Below, piece after piece: positions 28,464-42,439 of a DNA stretch of 64,000 nucleotides. Position 1 is the stretch's first letter; every line of letters starts with the position of its first letter. Source of the DNA: Octopus vulgaris (taxonomy: Eukaryota); assembly GCA_951406725.2 (NCBI GenBank), contig OX597819.1:102796001-102860000 (forward strand). The letters run 5' to 3'. The position numbers and the translations under genes were made by a program. Under the pieces are notes generated by a model. The model saw nothing but the letters and a program-made list of their open reading frames with translations. It searched no databases and was not told where the DNA came from.

Positions 28464-29539
28464 TGTATGTATATGTGTATGTATATGTGTGTGTTAGTGT
28501 GTATGTATATGTATGTAAGTATGCATGTATAGATGTGAAATTGTATTGAAGGCAACTGTCGGATGTGTTATATGTGTAATCCAGTGATATCACGCTGTCA
28601 CACTATGACGCTCATTCTTCTGAAAATTAAATTAAACGTAGAATTTTTCATAGAATTTTTTGAGTCATTTAGTTGAGAAAATTAAAAGTCCAATGTGCCT
28701 GAATATTTCGCAGACACGACTAATTTTAATGCAACACTTCCGAGAAACCCCTAAACGCTAACCTTGCACGCAATTTCACCCACAACGTTTGTCCTGAAAG
28801 GAGGATTTGATAAACAAGGAAAAGTTCTATAATAATGCCTAGCAGAGAAACCGAACCAAGAATTTAGAGATTACAAAGCGAAATTCTCATCCATTCGGCT
28901 GTCGCCAGCCATCTGTCTGCCAACAAAAGTTTATATTCACTTATCCCCCTAGTCAATATTACTATTTTCTTCTAGACTTCAGCAAAGAATTATCGCCAAA
29001 TGTACACAGAGTTTCTTATCTATGTGTTATATTCTATATTTATTTATCAATGTGTACTTACGTCATTCTCTCCATCTGCCTCGCTGTTAGTCGATATATT
29101 ATCTAATTTCAGTATACGACTATCTACTGTCCACCAACAATGTCTTTATTTGACATCTGTTCACATTTTCAAATACATTCTTTCACCGTTTTTTTTTGTT
29201 GTTTTTATTTTTAGTCTCTTCATGTATTTATCATTTAGAAAGAGCAGATAAGTGTTCTCGTGTCCATGAAAATCCGGATTATGAAAGCTTGCGTCAACGT
29301 ATGCACATCAAATCGTTGTTCTGTGCGGGTGCATCTGTATATATATATATATATGTAAGTGTGTAAGTGTGTGTGTGATTATGGATTCTACCATGAAAGA
29401 CGACATAGGAGGGTTCAGCTTTTGCCGAACGACCTGCACAAATGATTTGTTATTTTTTTTTAAATCTAGGCACAAGGCTTAAAATTGTTGGGGAGGGACA
29501 ACAATATATTTACCAAAATTTCATTAAAATATCTAGAAA

Positions 29540-29925
29540 TACTAAAAAGTAAATTTAGTCAATAAAATCGCCTTCAGATCATCTTTGGTGTTACAAGGAG
29601 ATTTGTTGGTCTCTTGCTCAAATGCGCCCCTCACATAATAACTAAGGGGGTTGCGATCTGTGGGATTAGGTCGCCAGATGTTAGGGGTGATGTGGTCGCA
29701 GAAATTGTCTGACAGCCATGACAGAGTCTTGTTTCCAGACATAGTAGGGTCTTCCAGCAGACACCCTCTTGACCCAGGGCAGCACTACCTCCTCCAAGCA
29801 CTTGATGTAGGCCTCTGTGTTGAGTCTGAGGCCGTGTGGGCAGATGAATGGAGGCATAACATTGCCATCACTAGTGAACACTCCAAACACGAAGATGTTG
29901 ACTGGATGTTCGATTTTTGTCACTC
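29540..29925 (-). mobile_element. Tc1/mariner-superfamily (maT/DD37D-like) transposase fragment
   Basis: HPVNIFVFGVFTSDGNVMPPFICPHGLRLNTEAYIKCLEEVVLPW...VWKQDS and IWRPNPTDRNPLSYYVRG (WPPNSPDLNPLDY-like), split by a frameshift. Confidence 0.85.
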
Positions 29926-30227
29926 TTGTTACATGTCCTCAGTTTGCACTCTCCTCAAGCACAGAAACGTTCGTATAGGAATTTCCGGCGCGAATGCCAA
30001 GCACTACAGCATGTCCTTTCCAAATTTCTAGCATAATGTTATAAAAGTATAACATATGATATAAAAGTATGAAATATGTATCCTGAATTACACACGTCTC
30101 TTCCCTGAGCATAAAACGCTCGACTTGAAAATATTTAAAATCTACATAAGAAAGAAAATATCTTGAATTCTCCTAGTGCTTCGTCAGGAAGAATAAGCAA
30201 TTACCGTTTTCAATACATGTTTATATA

Positions 30228-30445
30228 AAGGCGACCAGCTGGGAGAAACGTTAGCACATTGGGCACAAAGCAGAGCGGTATATTGTCCATCCTCACGTTC
30301 TGAGTTCAAATTATGCCGAGGTCGATTTTTGCCTTTCCTCTTTTTGGGGTTTTTTGATAAAATAAGAACTAGTTGAACACTGGGGTTTATGGAATCGATT
30401 TACCGCTTCCGCAGGAATTGCTGACTTGCCAAAATTTGAAATCGA
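30228..30445 (+). mobile_element. SINE family A
   Basis: aggcgaccagctgggagaaacgttagcac...gttcaaattatgcc. Confidence 0.75.
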
Positions 30446-30553
30446 TATTTGCTTATATATTATCAAACACTTACAGGAAGAAAACTTAGCAAGAGCATGT
30501 TTTTAGGGAAGTACTACAAAGGCCAGGACTTAAGCAAATGAATATTTACACGC

Positions 30554-30584
<31 letters not shown>

Positions 30585-31017
30585 CATATATATACACACG
30601 TTAATGACGTATGTATTAATACTTGTAAGCGAGTGTGCCTAAATTTATACGTATCTAAACAGATCGATATTGGTAGTGTATTTGCAACTTGTGAATATAC
30701 CTCAACATATAAGCAACTATCAGAGATACGTCGACAAAAGAATATACTCTGACATACCAACAAGTTTCTAGCCATATCTATTGCTTTCGACAAGATATGT
30801 CAATAGTTGAAGAGCCCAAAGCAGACCATATCGCAGAGCAGACCATATCGCAGACACACCATAAGTCTTCGTTACACTACTCCATTATCACTATTCAAGA
30901 AAACAACACCCACACGTTCCACACATTAATGTCAATGTATATATAAATATTATACATGTATGTATATATGTACACATTCGTGTATGTCTATGTGCATACA
31001 TTCACATACATCTACCA

Positions 31018-31059
<42 letters not shown>

Positions 31060-31268
31060 CTATTACCTTTCACTGGTTTTAGACCATGGACTGCGGCCAG
31101 GTTGGGATATATATATATATATACTCACACACATATTTATAAATATATACATATATAGGATAAATATAAATCGTTTTACATATATATATATATATATATG
31201 TACATATGTATAAATAAATTTGCGTGCTACATGTGCCTCACTTTGCTTATTTGTTTCTCTGAGTATGT

Positions 31269-31306
<38 letters not shown>

Positions 31307-31363
31307 ATATATAGATCACAATAACTGAGACAGCACCGACATCCTCGCGGCTTTCGTGATATT

Positions 31364-31401
<38 letters not shown>

Positions 31402-32437
31402 TGTTAGCATGTACATGTAAGTTGTGTGTGCGTTTGTAAGCGCTTACACCAGGTCCTAAACAATGTAAAGCCGATGCTATACATCCCGCGGGCATTATCT
31501 AACGAAGGATTAACCGCTTATATTTCATGTACGAAAAAAAACAAAAAAACAGCAGATAAAATTTAAAACGTAAAAAAAATGAAGGCAGCAAAATTCGTAA
31601 TACAAAAAGAACAGACATAAACATAAGAAATTCCTGTTGCTTGCCTGATTTTCTGAACACGATTCAACATTAAAGAATAAAAACAATGGTAAATATATAA
31701 TATAATAATATAAAAAAATATCTGTGTGAAGACTTTGGTATCTTGACATGTTGTGGAGGAATATTTAGGTTTTTTTTCTGATATGGCCAGTATGTTTTAT
31801 AAAAATAAAAATAAAAAAAGCTTATTTCGATATTTTTGCTTGTGATGTAGATTACCACACATCACACAATATATTGCCAAAACGTAGTAAAATAGAGAAG
31901 ATTGGTTTGATGGCTCCATCAATGTATGTAGATATGTGCTTTGCATGTGTGTGTTGAGGGAGGGGTATGTGTGTGTGCATGTGTCCGTGTATGTACGTGC
32001 ATACGAGGCAGAGGAAAAGAGAGAGAGAGAGATGGTAGGTATGTGTGGATGTGTGTGTGTGTGTGTGTTTCTGTTACATTTTATGTCTTTGAAGGTAAGA
32101 ATCAAAGTTCAGGAGACTATCTATGCACATATATAGATAAACATACACAAACAGACTCCAATACAAACACACATATACGTATATACATATATGGATACAC
32201 ACGCATATACATATGCTTATTTGATACGTTAATACACTGGTAGTTACATACACGCACACTGACACACATATACATATATATAGACACAGACACATATATA
32301 TTGTTGTATTTCGGGATGGTCAGTTTATTTATTTATTTATTTTTTGCCAAATAAACACACGTATTATATATATATATATATATATATATTCTTCAGTCAT
32401 TTATTACTGTTATTTTATAATTCTATCGCCTGTCCGT

Positions 32438-32482
32438 TGTCCGGAAATCTTTCGTCACACATCTGTGACCTCTTCAGTGACA
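32438..32482 (-). ncRNA. Minimal type-I hammerhead ribozyme motif with imperfect stem I
   Basis: Minus strand: UGUCA-CUGAAGA-G-GUCAC[AGAUGU]GUGAC-GAAA-GAUU-UC-CGGACA. Core intact, stem II 5 bp. Confidence 0.65.
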
Positions 32483-32749
32483 CTTTTCGTTTCCGTGTGT
32501 GTCCTTGCTCCACTTGCTCCATTCTGATCTATTTCATCACACGATTTCACATCAGGAACCTTGCAAATCGAATTGATAAACATATGTATATATATAATGT
32601 ATGTATATTGTGTGTGTGTATGTATGTGTATGTGTATGTGTGTATGTGTGTGTGTGTGAATTGGAGGCCACTTTAATCATTTGAGGATGTTGCCTCAAAT
32701 TAATTCACAGAGAGCACCAAGAATATAAAGCGATTAGAACATAGTAATA

Positions 32750-33500
32750 ACCCTTTCTTCTGTTGACGCAAGGCGTGAAATCTGGGTGTGGGAGTGCTCA
32801 GCTGGCACTTATTTTGTCGGCTCCGAAACGATGAAAGTCAAATAGACATCTGTGTCATTTCAACTCAGAACTTTAAGACACCCGAGATGCCGCCAAACCT
32901 TTTGTTCTTCGTGCTAATAATTCGACCAGCTCACTGCAATAGGCTAATAACGGTTTCGAATTTTCGCACATGAGTAGGAATTTGGGAGGAAGTTTTAAGT
33001 CGATTACAGTGAACCCGTACTCAACTGGTATTTATTTTATCGACATTGAAAAGATAGTCAACATCGATCTCAACGGAATTTGAACCCAGAGTTCAAAAAC
33101 AGACGAAATGCCTATTTCTTTACCACCCACAAGGGGCTAAACACAGAGATGACAAACAAGGACTGACAAACTGATTAAGTTGATTACATCGATTCCAGTG
33201 TGTAACTGGTACCTAATTTATTGACTCCGAAAGGATGAAAGCAAAGTCGACCTCGGCGGAATTTCAACTCAGAACGTAACGGCAGACGAAATACCTATTT
33301 CTTTACTATCCACAAGGGGCTAAACACAGAGAGGACAAACAAGGATAGACAAACAAGGATAGACAAACAGATTAAGTCGATTATATCGAACCCAGTGCGT
33401 AACTGGTACTTAATTTATCGACCCCGAAAGGATGAAAGGCAAAGTCGACCTCGGAGGAATTTGAACTCAGAACGTCCTAACGATTCTGCCAGCTCGCCGC
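32750..33500 (-). mobile_element. Head-to-tail multimer of SINE family A (about 4 units)
   Basis: Repeated units joined at ...gacgaaatgcct/atacct|atttcttta... near 33113 and 33297. Confidence 0.85.
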
Positions 33501-34483
33501 ATTACGACCAGCTGATAATGATATCAATAAAGTGTTTACTATCCGCAATTACAGTAAACCTTTTCGAATGCACTTGTATATGTGTTCGTGTAAGTGTTTA
33601 TATTTGTATATATATTTCTGTTCGTATGCGTATATAACGTATGTAACGTTTTTAACTGTTCACAGAAACACTATGTAAACATATTTATTTAATATTCTAT
33701 TACTAGTAATTTGAAAAAAAAATCGGACTGACCGGCTTGCATAAGTAGCGCAATCTCGACAACAGGTTTAATTAAAATATTAACTGCATATCATCAGAGA
33801 CCATTTTTCAAGTATGTTACAAAATAATTAATAAAAGACAATAATACTATTATAGTTCATTGATGGGAATCAAATACTCTCGTTATAGAATACACTTAGC
33901 GCGCTCAAGAGGTTTAAATTCGAGCAATTAGGAAAGTAAATGTAAGGATAAGCAAGTTGGGCCGGTCAAAATACAAAATATATTAAATACATGAAATACG
34001 AGAAATGTAGGTATTTTTACACACAAAAAGGTCTGACTACACCCTGTATATTATTTACACGGAAAAGGTTATTTTATTAATAATTAATTTACTAATTCTT
34101 TATTTGGTTATCTTGTTTTATTGACTGTTGCAAAGATAAGGTCATCAACTATCTAATAATAACGCAGAGACTTTGAAATACTGTGTTCGAGCGATGCCTT
34201 TTAGCTTTCTCTTAAATAAAGCTGCTTTCAGAATGTTGGTCTGATATAAATCCTGGCAATACTGCCGAAAGAGAAGCAGCCTGGGCTGCTTGACTTTCAT
34301 ACTTGTCGTTGGCTTGTTGTGCAAGCTTTTCTTGTTTAAGTTTCCATAGCTGACAACGGCTGGATATATAATGTGTTATCATTTGTAATTGTCGTGCTCA
34401 TTCGACGACCAAGTAGCCCGCCCGGTAATTGTTCCTGTTTCTCTCACTTTCTCTCTCTCTCTAACCATATATAGTCTGGCGAT

Positions 34484-34807
34484 GGGAAGGCGCGTGGCTT
34501 AGTGGTTAGGGCATTTGGCTCACGATTGTAAGGTCGTGAGTTCAATTCCCGGCGACGCGTTGTGTCTTTGAGCAAGACACTTTATTTCACGTTGCTCCAG
34601 TCCACTCAGCTGGCAAAAATGAGTTGTACCTGTATTTCAAAGGGCCGGCTTTATCACACACTGTGTCATGCTGAATCTCCCTGAGAACTACGTTAGGTGT
34701 ACGCGTGTCTGTGGATTTCTCAGTCACTTGCACGCTAATTTCACGAGCAAGCTGTTCCGTTGATCGTATCAGCTGGGACTCTCGTCTTCGTAACCGACGG
34801 AGTGCTC
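34484..34807 (+). mobile_element. tRNA-derived SINE, family D, full-length
   Basis: tggcttagtggttaggg (A box), gagttcaattcc (B box), ends gtaaccgacggagtgctc. Related pieces at 54864-55030(-), 57804-58062(-) and 59795-60060(+). Confidence 0.85.
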
Positions 34808-35467
34808 CTTATGTATACCACCTCTTCCTCAATGAGTGAAAGGGCATACCCTTCATCTTCCCAGATATACTGGGACATGGCACAAAAGCCATGCAACTTA
34901 TAACTACCTTATAGTTCACTATTTCATGCAGTCTTGGAAGATCAACTTCATCTTTAGCCACTCTGTAACAGACCACTTCTCCGTTTTTAACCAAACTCTT
35001 TGTTCAGCGAGAGAAACACCATTCCCAAGGTATTGTTCTCTCTATTGAATTTTCCCGGAAAACGTGAGTTCTTAATTCCTGGTATTCCTCCAGGATAGTG
35101 CTGATTTCCCGACCTTTTGAAATGTGGAACCCTCCACTAGCATGGAGAAATCGCAGACATTTGCATAACCTAATGTGTCCCGGACATTTGCATAAACCTC
35201 ATGTGTCCCGGTTTGAAAGAAATGACTTTCCAATTTGTGCAGCAATGAGACGGGAATGGAATTTGAACTCAAAGCTCAGATACTCGCAATAAATACTGCA
35301 TTTAACTTGATACTATAGTTCGTCTAAGAAGAAGAAGAAGAAGAAGAACAAGAACAAGAACAACAACAACAACAACAACAGCAGCAGCAGCAGCAAAACG
35401 AAGAAGGAAGAAGAAAATGAAAACTGAAAAATGAAGAAAAAATAGAATAATAATAAGTGATGCAGAA

Positions 35468-35498
<31 letters not shown>

Positions 35499-35534
35499 CG
35501 TGCGTGTATGTGAAAAGATAGTTCTTTGTGTATG

Positions 35535-35599
<65 letters not shown>

Positions 35600-35704
35600 G
35601 TGTGTGAGTGTGTATTTGCATATATATATTGATGTATACACATTTATACATTTATAAGTAGTGTATATGTATATAAAGAAATATATAAACATTCACGTAT
35701 ACAT

Positions 35705-35751
<47 letters not shown>

Positions 35752-36387
35752 CGCACACAAACACACACGCATACACACAGACAGGAGTGTGTCATTCTTT
35801 CTAATAGGAAAAAAGAAACGTAAAATTATAAAAAAGAAATTAAGTATAAAAATAACACATAAAAATACATACCTGAAAGTAAATGTGCGGTATTTATTCT
35901 ATACTCATAATTTCAACGTTAATTAGTAATTGGCACACCTGTACACAGGTATATGTAACACTATATTAACATATGCTCCCTGATTAACTAGACTGTTATA
36001 TTTCGTGTTTGCTTTTGATTTGTGTCTAGTCATATGTCAAGCGGTTTCTAGTCACCTTTGACGCTGCTCACCTGAGCACGCACTTGTCTGGCCGGTTTTC
36101 CGCCAATTTATTAAGAGAGATGCGTTGTTACATGGTAGATGTGCTTGTAACGGAAGTTCTTGAATGCATGCCGATTATTTAGTTAGCTTCATATGTTCTA
36201 ATAACCTAGAGTTTGTCATTTTTATCAAATTAATTCATGTTTTTTTAATACTTCTTTTTTTAGCTAATGAGAAAATCATCTTTGTTACTTGGATCAGGTG
36301 CAAAAGTTCGTTGTGAAAGAGTGTTTCTGACTGAAGTGTATGTATATGTGTATATTTTATATATACGTATACTTATGTATACATACA

Positions 36388-36466
<79 letters not shown>

Positions 36467-36533
36467 TACTAATACATCTGTTCGTTTTCTACACCACCTG
36501 TCTCCGTTTTATCCTTTTTTGTGAATTCTCCCC

Positions 36534-36575
<42 letters not shown>

Positions 36576-36639
36576 TTACACGTATACGTATGTACATATA
36601 CATACACATATATAAATATGTGTGTGTATTATCTGTTAC

Positions 36640-37022
36640 TGTTACTGTTTTATTTAGCATTTGACTGCGGCCAAGCTGGAGCACCGCTGTAAAGGGTATT
36701 TTAGTCGAACAAATCAACCATAGGACTTGTTACATTAAGCATAGTCCTTATTCTATCGTTCTTTGCTGCCAAACCGCTAAGTTATCGGGACGTAACGCAC
36801 CAACTCCGGTAATCAAGCTCTGATGGGGGGACAAACACAGGCACAAAGACACACACACACAAATACGACGCGCTTCTTACAGTTTATGTTTACCAAATCC
36901 ACTGACAAGGCTTTGGTTGCCCCGAGTCTATAATAGAAGACACTTCCCGAGATGCCATACAGTGGGGCTGAACCCGGAACCATGTGGTTGGGAAGTGACC
37001 TGAAGACACAGCCACTACATCG
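36640..37022 (-). mobile_element. SINE family B
   Basis: Similar to 23700-24105. Confidence 0.8.
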
Positions 37023-37023
37023 C

Positions 37024-37097
<74 letters not shown>

Positions 37098-37166
37098 CGT
37101 ATATACAAATGCTATATCTTCATATATATATATTTTTGTATGTGTGTGTGTGTATTCCTATATAAG

Positions 37167-37197
<31 letters not shown>

Positions 37198-37246
37198 AAT
37201 ATTAAATTTCTAAATATCTCATAGAGATATGTACGGTGGTGCGGCG

Positions 37247-37527
37247 ATAGAATGGTTGTATACTGTCAATCTAACGTGAACGTGACAGTAGGGGATTACC
37301 CACCGCTGTTTAACCCTAGGAAGCATCGACGCTTCCTGATGGCTTCGACGCATTTTTTTTCCTGTGTCCTTATATATTTACGAAGGGGAGACAAACCCCT
37401 TCGTAAATATATAAGGACACAGGAAAAATGTGTCGAAGCCATCAGGAAGCGTCGATGCTTCCTAGGGCTAAACAGCGGTGGTGTAATCCCCTACTGTCAT
37501 GTTCACGTTAGATTGACAGTATACAAC

Positions 37528-37535
<8 letters not shown>
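37247..37535. repeat. Near-perfect ~290 bp palindrome (foldback, MITE-like)
   Basis: Arms 37247-37388 and 37396-37535 around a 7-nt loop agacaaa, with only a few mismatches or indels. Abuts (TA)n. Confidence 0.95.
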
Positions 37536-37573
<38 letters not shown>

Positions 37574-38069
37574 CCACAGACACACATATATATATACACG
37601 CAATATATATGTAGAGAGAGAAGGGAGGGAGAGACAGGTAAATATAAATGAATAGATAGATTTTTTTGTGTGTGGATATGTGTGTGCTTTTATCTACGTG
37701 TCCAGCATAACATGGACAATAATAGATGAAGCCCATACATTGTCATACATTGAAACTGATTGAATTACGCGATTTCTTCTTGCGTAGAAACCTTATAATA
37801 ATTCTCTGCTTACTTTTATTCGTATGCAAAAGAAATGAGATTATTTTGACGTGCTGGCATAAGTAGAAATTTCTTCTCGTTTCCTTTAACACAGATTCTC
37901 TTGACGCGTGATGAATAGCGATAAATATCTGAGACCACGAGACAACCTGTATGACCGAGGTCAATTTGAACGTTTTGATAGTTATCACGGATTCTTTCTC
38001 TGTCCCACATGGGTAGTTGAACGTAAAAGCGATTGAAAAAAATTTATGTTCCATTTATATATGTAGGTG

Positions 38070-38275
38070 TACGGAGGTAAGCTAGCGGACTCGTTTGCAC
38101 GAGGGACAAAATAGATAGCGGCATTTCATCTGTCCTCACGTTCTGTGTTCAAATGCCACCGATGTCGTCTTTGCTTTTCCCCCTTTCGTAATCGATAAAA
38201 CAAGTACTAGTTCAGCACTGGGGTCGATGTAATTAACTTACTCCTACCTTCTAACTTTTCGACTTGGTGCCAACA
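38070..38275 (+). mobile_element. SINE family A, decayed
   Basis: Similar to other family A copies. Confidence 0.7.
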
Positions 38276-41200
38276 ACTAGATAAAATTATATTTAGATCC
38301 GTTATGTATATGTCCATGTATGTGTGTGTACATATATGATTGCTTTTTTTTTTTTGCTTATTACTATAGTGTTATTTCATGTAAAAGAAAATAATTCGTT
38401 GGCCTAATCAAGTACAGTATCCTTTTTGAGACGCTTTATTAATCAACTTCAAGAGACTTAGAATACGATAGGAACATGTTTGTTGTGAACAGGTCACATT
38501 ACCATAGTTTATATGCTAAATGTCTGATTAGTTACTAATTTAATCTGCTTCAACAAAGTAGCCGAATCCCACCGCGACCACACAGATAAACACAGCAATG
38601 AGCAAGAAAGCATTTACATGGTCACTTCTCTTGCTGAAGACAGAAGTTGATCTTTAATTATCACAAGCACCTTAGAATATGTTAAATTAGACAAAGAAAT
38701 CTTAAGTGTAAAGCGCCAAACAAAAAATGAGACTCGATGGTCACGCTGGCTGCCTATTTCATATGTTTGCTTGATGGAGTCTGAACTAACATTATGCAAC
38801 AAAACAACAGCAATACGTTAAAATTTTTTCAATTTTCCTGTCTAAGTATCTGAAACGATGATTGTTATTATATTCATCATAGGTCTAAATATGAAATCCT
38901 AAAATATGTATCACTTCTTGGAGAAGAAATTGAACTCAAATCAACGAAACCCTCTACGAATTTACAGTAGTAGAGCGACTCCAGTTTTATGAGTTCAATC
39001 CGCGGTTTCCATTTACAGCTAAGTAAAATGGTACGCTGGGAAGTAAGCGGTTTCTTAGTCTTAGATCAAGGCCAGTGAGTAAGTATAGCAAGTTTGTCAG
39101 ATTAACAACGAGAAGATGTTTACTCAACAAAATCCCTCTACAAACTGTTGAAACATTGGTACATGACACAGACAGTGGTCCCTGAAATCCATTAACGACA
39201 ATAGTTTCATGAATATGTATCTAACAAATAAGTGTACGAAGAATGAACATGGCAAAGAATGAAAGAAAATATTTCTAAATGAGAATAGAAACCGAGACAC
39301 TACAAGCAGATGAACGAACTAAATTTGCTAAGTCGTAGAACGAAATTATATAAGTAGAAATTTCATAGTCGATTGAATGCACATCAATTATTTATTCACA
39401 AATATTGTGTCGAAATCAGTATCGTAACATAAATAAACGAAACCACAAACGTCAAAACAAATGGCTGTAAGTAATGTAATACAATTAAGCTGAATCCGCC
39501 AACCTACGGCCAGAAATCATTTTATACCACGGGGCCTATAAATACTGCAAAGACTTCACTACTACGATATTAAACGATTAAATTTTCAAAAGGCGAAGTA
39601 ATTTAACGTTTCTTTCAAACACTAAAAAATATTCTGAGTATTTGTTTTTCCTTTCGCTTGGTACAAAAGTCAGGGAATTGCCTGGTATGTGTTTCGAGAG
39701 TCGTGTGATCCAGTTGGAGTGCATACTAAATATGTTAATATGTTCAGAAATTGAGAAATTCGACCAGGACCAACATATATGTAAGAAAAGAGAGATATGA
39801 CTTTAATCGACATTTTAGCCGTATTTATGGTGATGCGCATAAATTTGCTATCGTCTCTGATATTCCCCCAAATTGCTAACAATAAGGTTCACTTTGTTTC
39901 ACCTTTCTTTCCACAGTACCGTAAAATTCGACCGCCTACATAGAGCTACTGGTTGAAACCCAGATCAAAATCTGCCCCGAAATGATGATGTGTGTTTTCC
40001 AGCGAAAATTTTCTCTCGCTTGCATGTCTTTCGTAATACAAGAATGGCTGGTTATGTATTTTCACTATTTTGGATAACCCATCACAACCACCCAACCACC
40101 ACCTCAATATAGAGCGTCATAGATATTCTCATTTGAATTCTCAGCATCTGAAGAGTAGTCTTATTGACTGACTGTCCAACGATTCTACAGGAACAAGTAC
40201 TTGGTGGGAACTGAAATCGTGGCTGAAGTGAGTGGCATATGTGGGCTTCATTATATCTTCTCATGCATTCATTTCTGGGATCACTACCGGACCACCATTC
40301 ACTAAGGGAGGTTTTGTTGGATGTTTGTTTCTTTGATATTTCTACTGGAAAGCGTAAACAATTTATGGGTGTAAGTTTTTTTCTTTTTCTGCTTAGTGGC
40401 TAGCTTGTCTTTGCGTTATTTTTCTCCTTTGGTTACATTAAGCACATTGTACATGTGGTTGCAAAGCGAGCCTCCTTTTAATCTCAGGAAGTGAGCAGTG
40501 TACCACTCTACATCAACCAATATGTCTTTCAATTTTATACAATAAGTTTTATTTTATGAAGGAACGAGACATATTGGCGAGGATTGTGGATCTCAGGATG
40601 GTTAGAACGAAGATTCGATTCTCAGAACTAAGTGTAGTGCCTTGGGCAAGGCACATTACTTAACTAAGCTCAGTCGACAATACGTACTTGGGGATTAACC
40701 CAGCTTCAGAATGACGACCCATTCAGACTAAATCTGCAGAAAATCTAGCAACAATCTGATTTCACGAACGTCAAATGTTCGACTCAGATTTTAGAATATG
40801 TTGTGTATTGAAGGAGACTTGGCTGCTATTCCTTCATTATATTTTTGTGTTGTTGCTGCTGTTCTTTAGTTTCAAGCTAGACATGGTCAAACAGATCAAT
40901 AATCAAAAGCGCTCTTCTCGTGACCATCTTGCATTAATTCAGACCCAATGTATCTCGTTTTACAGCCATTGTGCCCTTTGATCTAAAGATAGTGCGGTGA
41001 ATTTTAAAGAAGATATCGTCGCTGTTTCCAGCAGATGAAGTGACTCCACAAAATAGCCTTCGTAGGTTCGTCCTAATTTATATTGTTCTAATCGTTGTCC
41101 TTCTCTCCTATGGGAGAGACTTCCGTTTGAAATAAATCAAGCCAATATCTAAATCCCCATCCTCTTTACCTAGCTAAATGCATGAATATCTTTTTACCTA

Positions 41201-41408
41201 ACGAGCTAATTAGCTTTTCTCTACCTCTCTTTCTTGCATTCTCTGTCTGCTTGTCTGTCTATCTGTCTGATTGACTCTACCGACTCGCTGCCTCTGTCTC
41301 TTCAATACACATATATATGTGCACGTGTGTGCTAATGCGCATATATTCACGTATGCTTTCCACTCTCTTCCTCCGTCTATCCAGCTCTTTTGCCTCTGTC
41401 TCCCCACC

Positions 41409-41496
<88 letters not shown>

Positions 41497-42130
41497 GAAA
41501 TGCATACGAATTTATACATTCGTTTGTGTACATGTCTGTGTATGTGCGTGTGGGTGTGCGTGTAATTATATGTCTCTATACACACATACACACATATACT
41601 AAATAAAGCAAGCACCTAACCACCGCAAAACTTCTCGCAGATAAATTATGTGTGCGACTACCTACCTGTGTGGTATAGCAAGTTTAACATGAGCCTACGT
41701 ATTTCAAAGGATTTTATACACGGGTGGTGCCGGGGGTACGGCGGCCTTGTGTCAGGTAATAAGAACTACATAGCTGTTACTAGCCAAAAGGTATTGTTTT
41801 GTTTTTGTTATCGTTGTTCGTGTTATTATTGTAGTTTGTAATAACCATGGCCGTTAATGTTATCATGATGGTGGTCAGTCTGATATATTGCCAGCATTGC
41901 TGCTAAGTGTTTTCATATCCCTTTCTAAACCTTCGACGACAGCATTCCACCCCCGCCATTACCAACTGACAGAAGTCTTCACATTGGTCCACCCTCTTTC
42001 CGTCGTCAACCTCTTTTTTTTTTTACACATTGTTGTCACATTTTTCTGAATGCATTTGCTACAATAAGTAACCCTTTTTAAGAAATAGTTTTTTAAAAAA
42101 TAACAAAACTACAATCAGATACACAAGTGA

Positions 42131-42232
<102 letters not shown>

Positions 42233-42439
42233 CTACTACTACTGTTACCATCACTACTACTGCTGCTGCTAATAGTACTACAAGTACTAATACTACTACT
42301 ACAACTACAAAAAAAGAAGGATGATGATGGTGATGATGATGATGATAATGATGATGATGATGATGATGATGATGACGACGATGATAGTGATGATGATGAT
42401 GATACCTTCTTTAGTAGCCTCAAAGCCTGCAAAACATTT

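Noticed and set aside
34484-34555. tRNA-like sequences with A and B boxes (also 23700, 27166, 55160)
   Set aside because: They are SINE heads that continue into repeat bodies, with no proper cloverleaf or terminator.
34825-35290. Repeated tgtcccgg motifs like DNA-transposon subterminal repeats
   Set aside because: No TIR or TSD could be delimited by eye.
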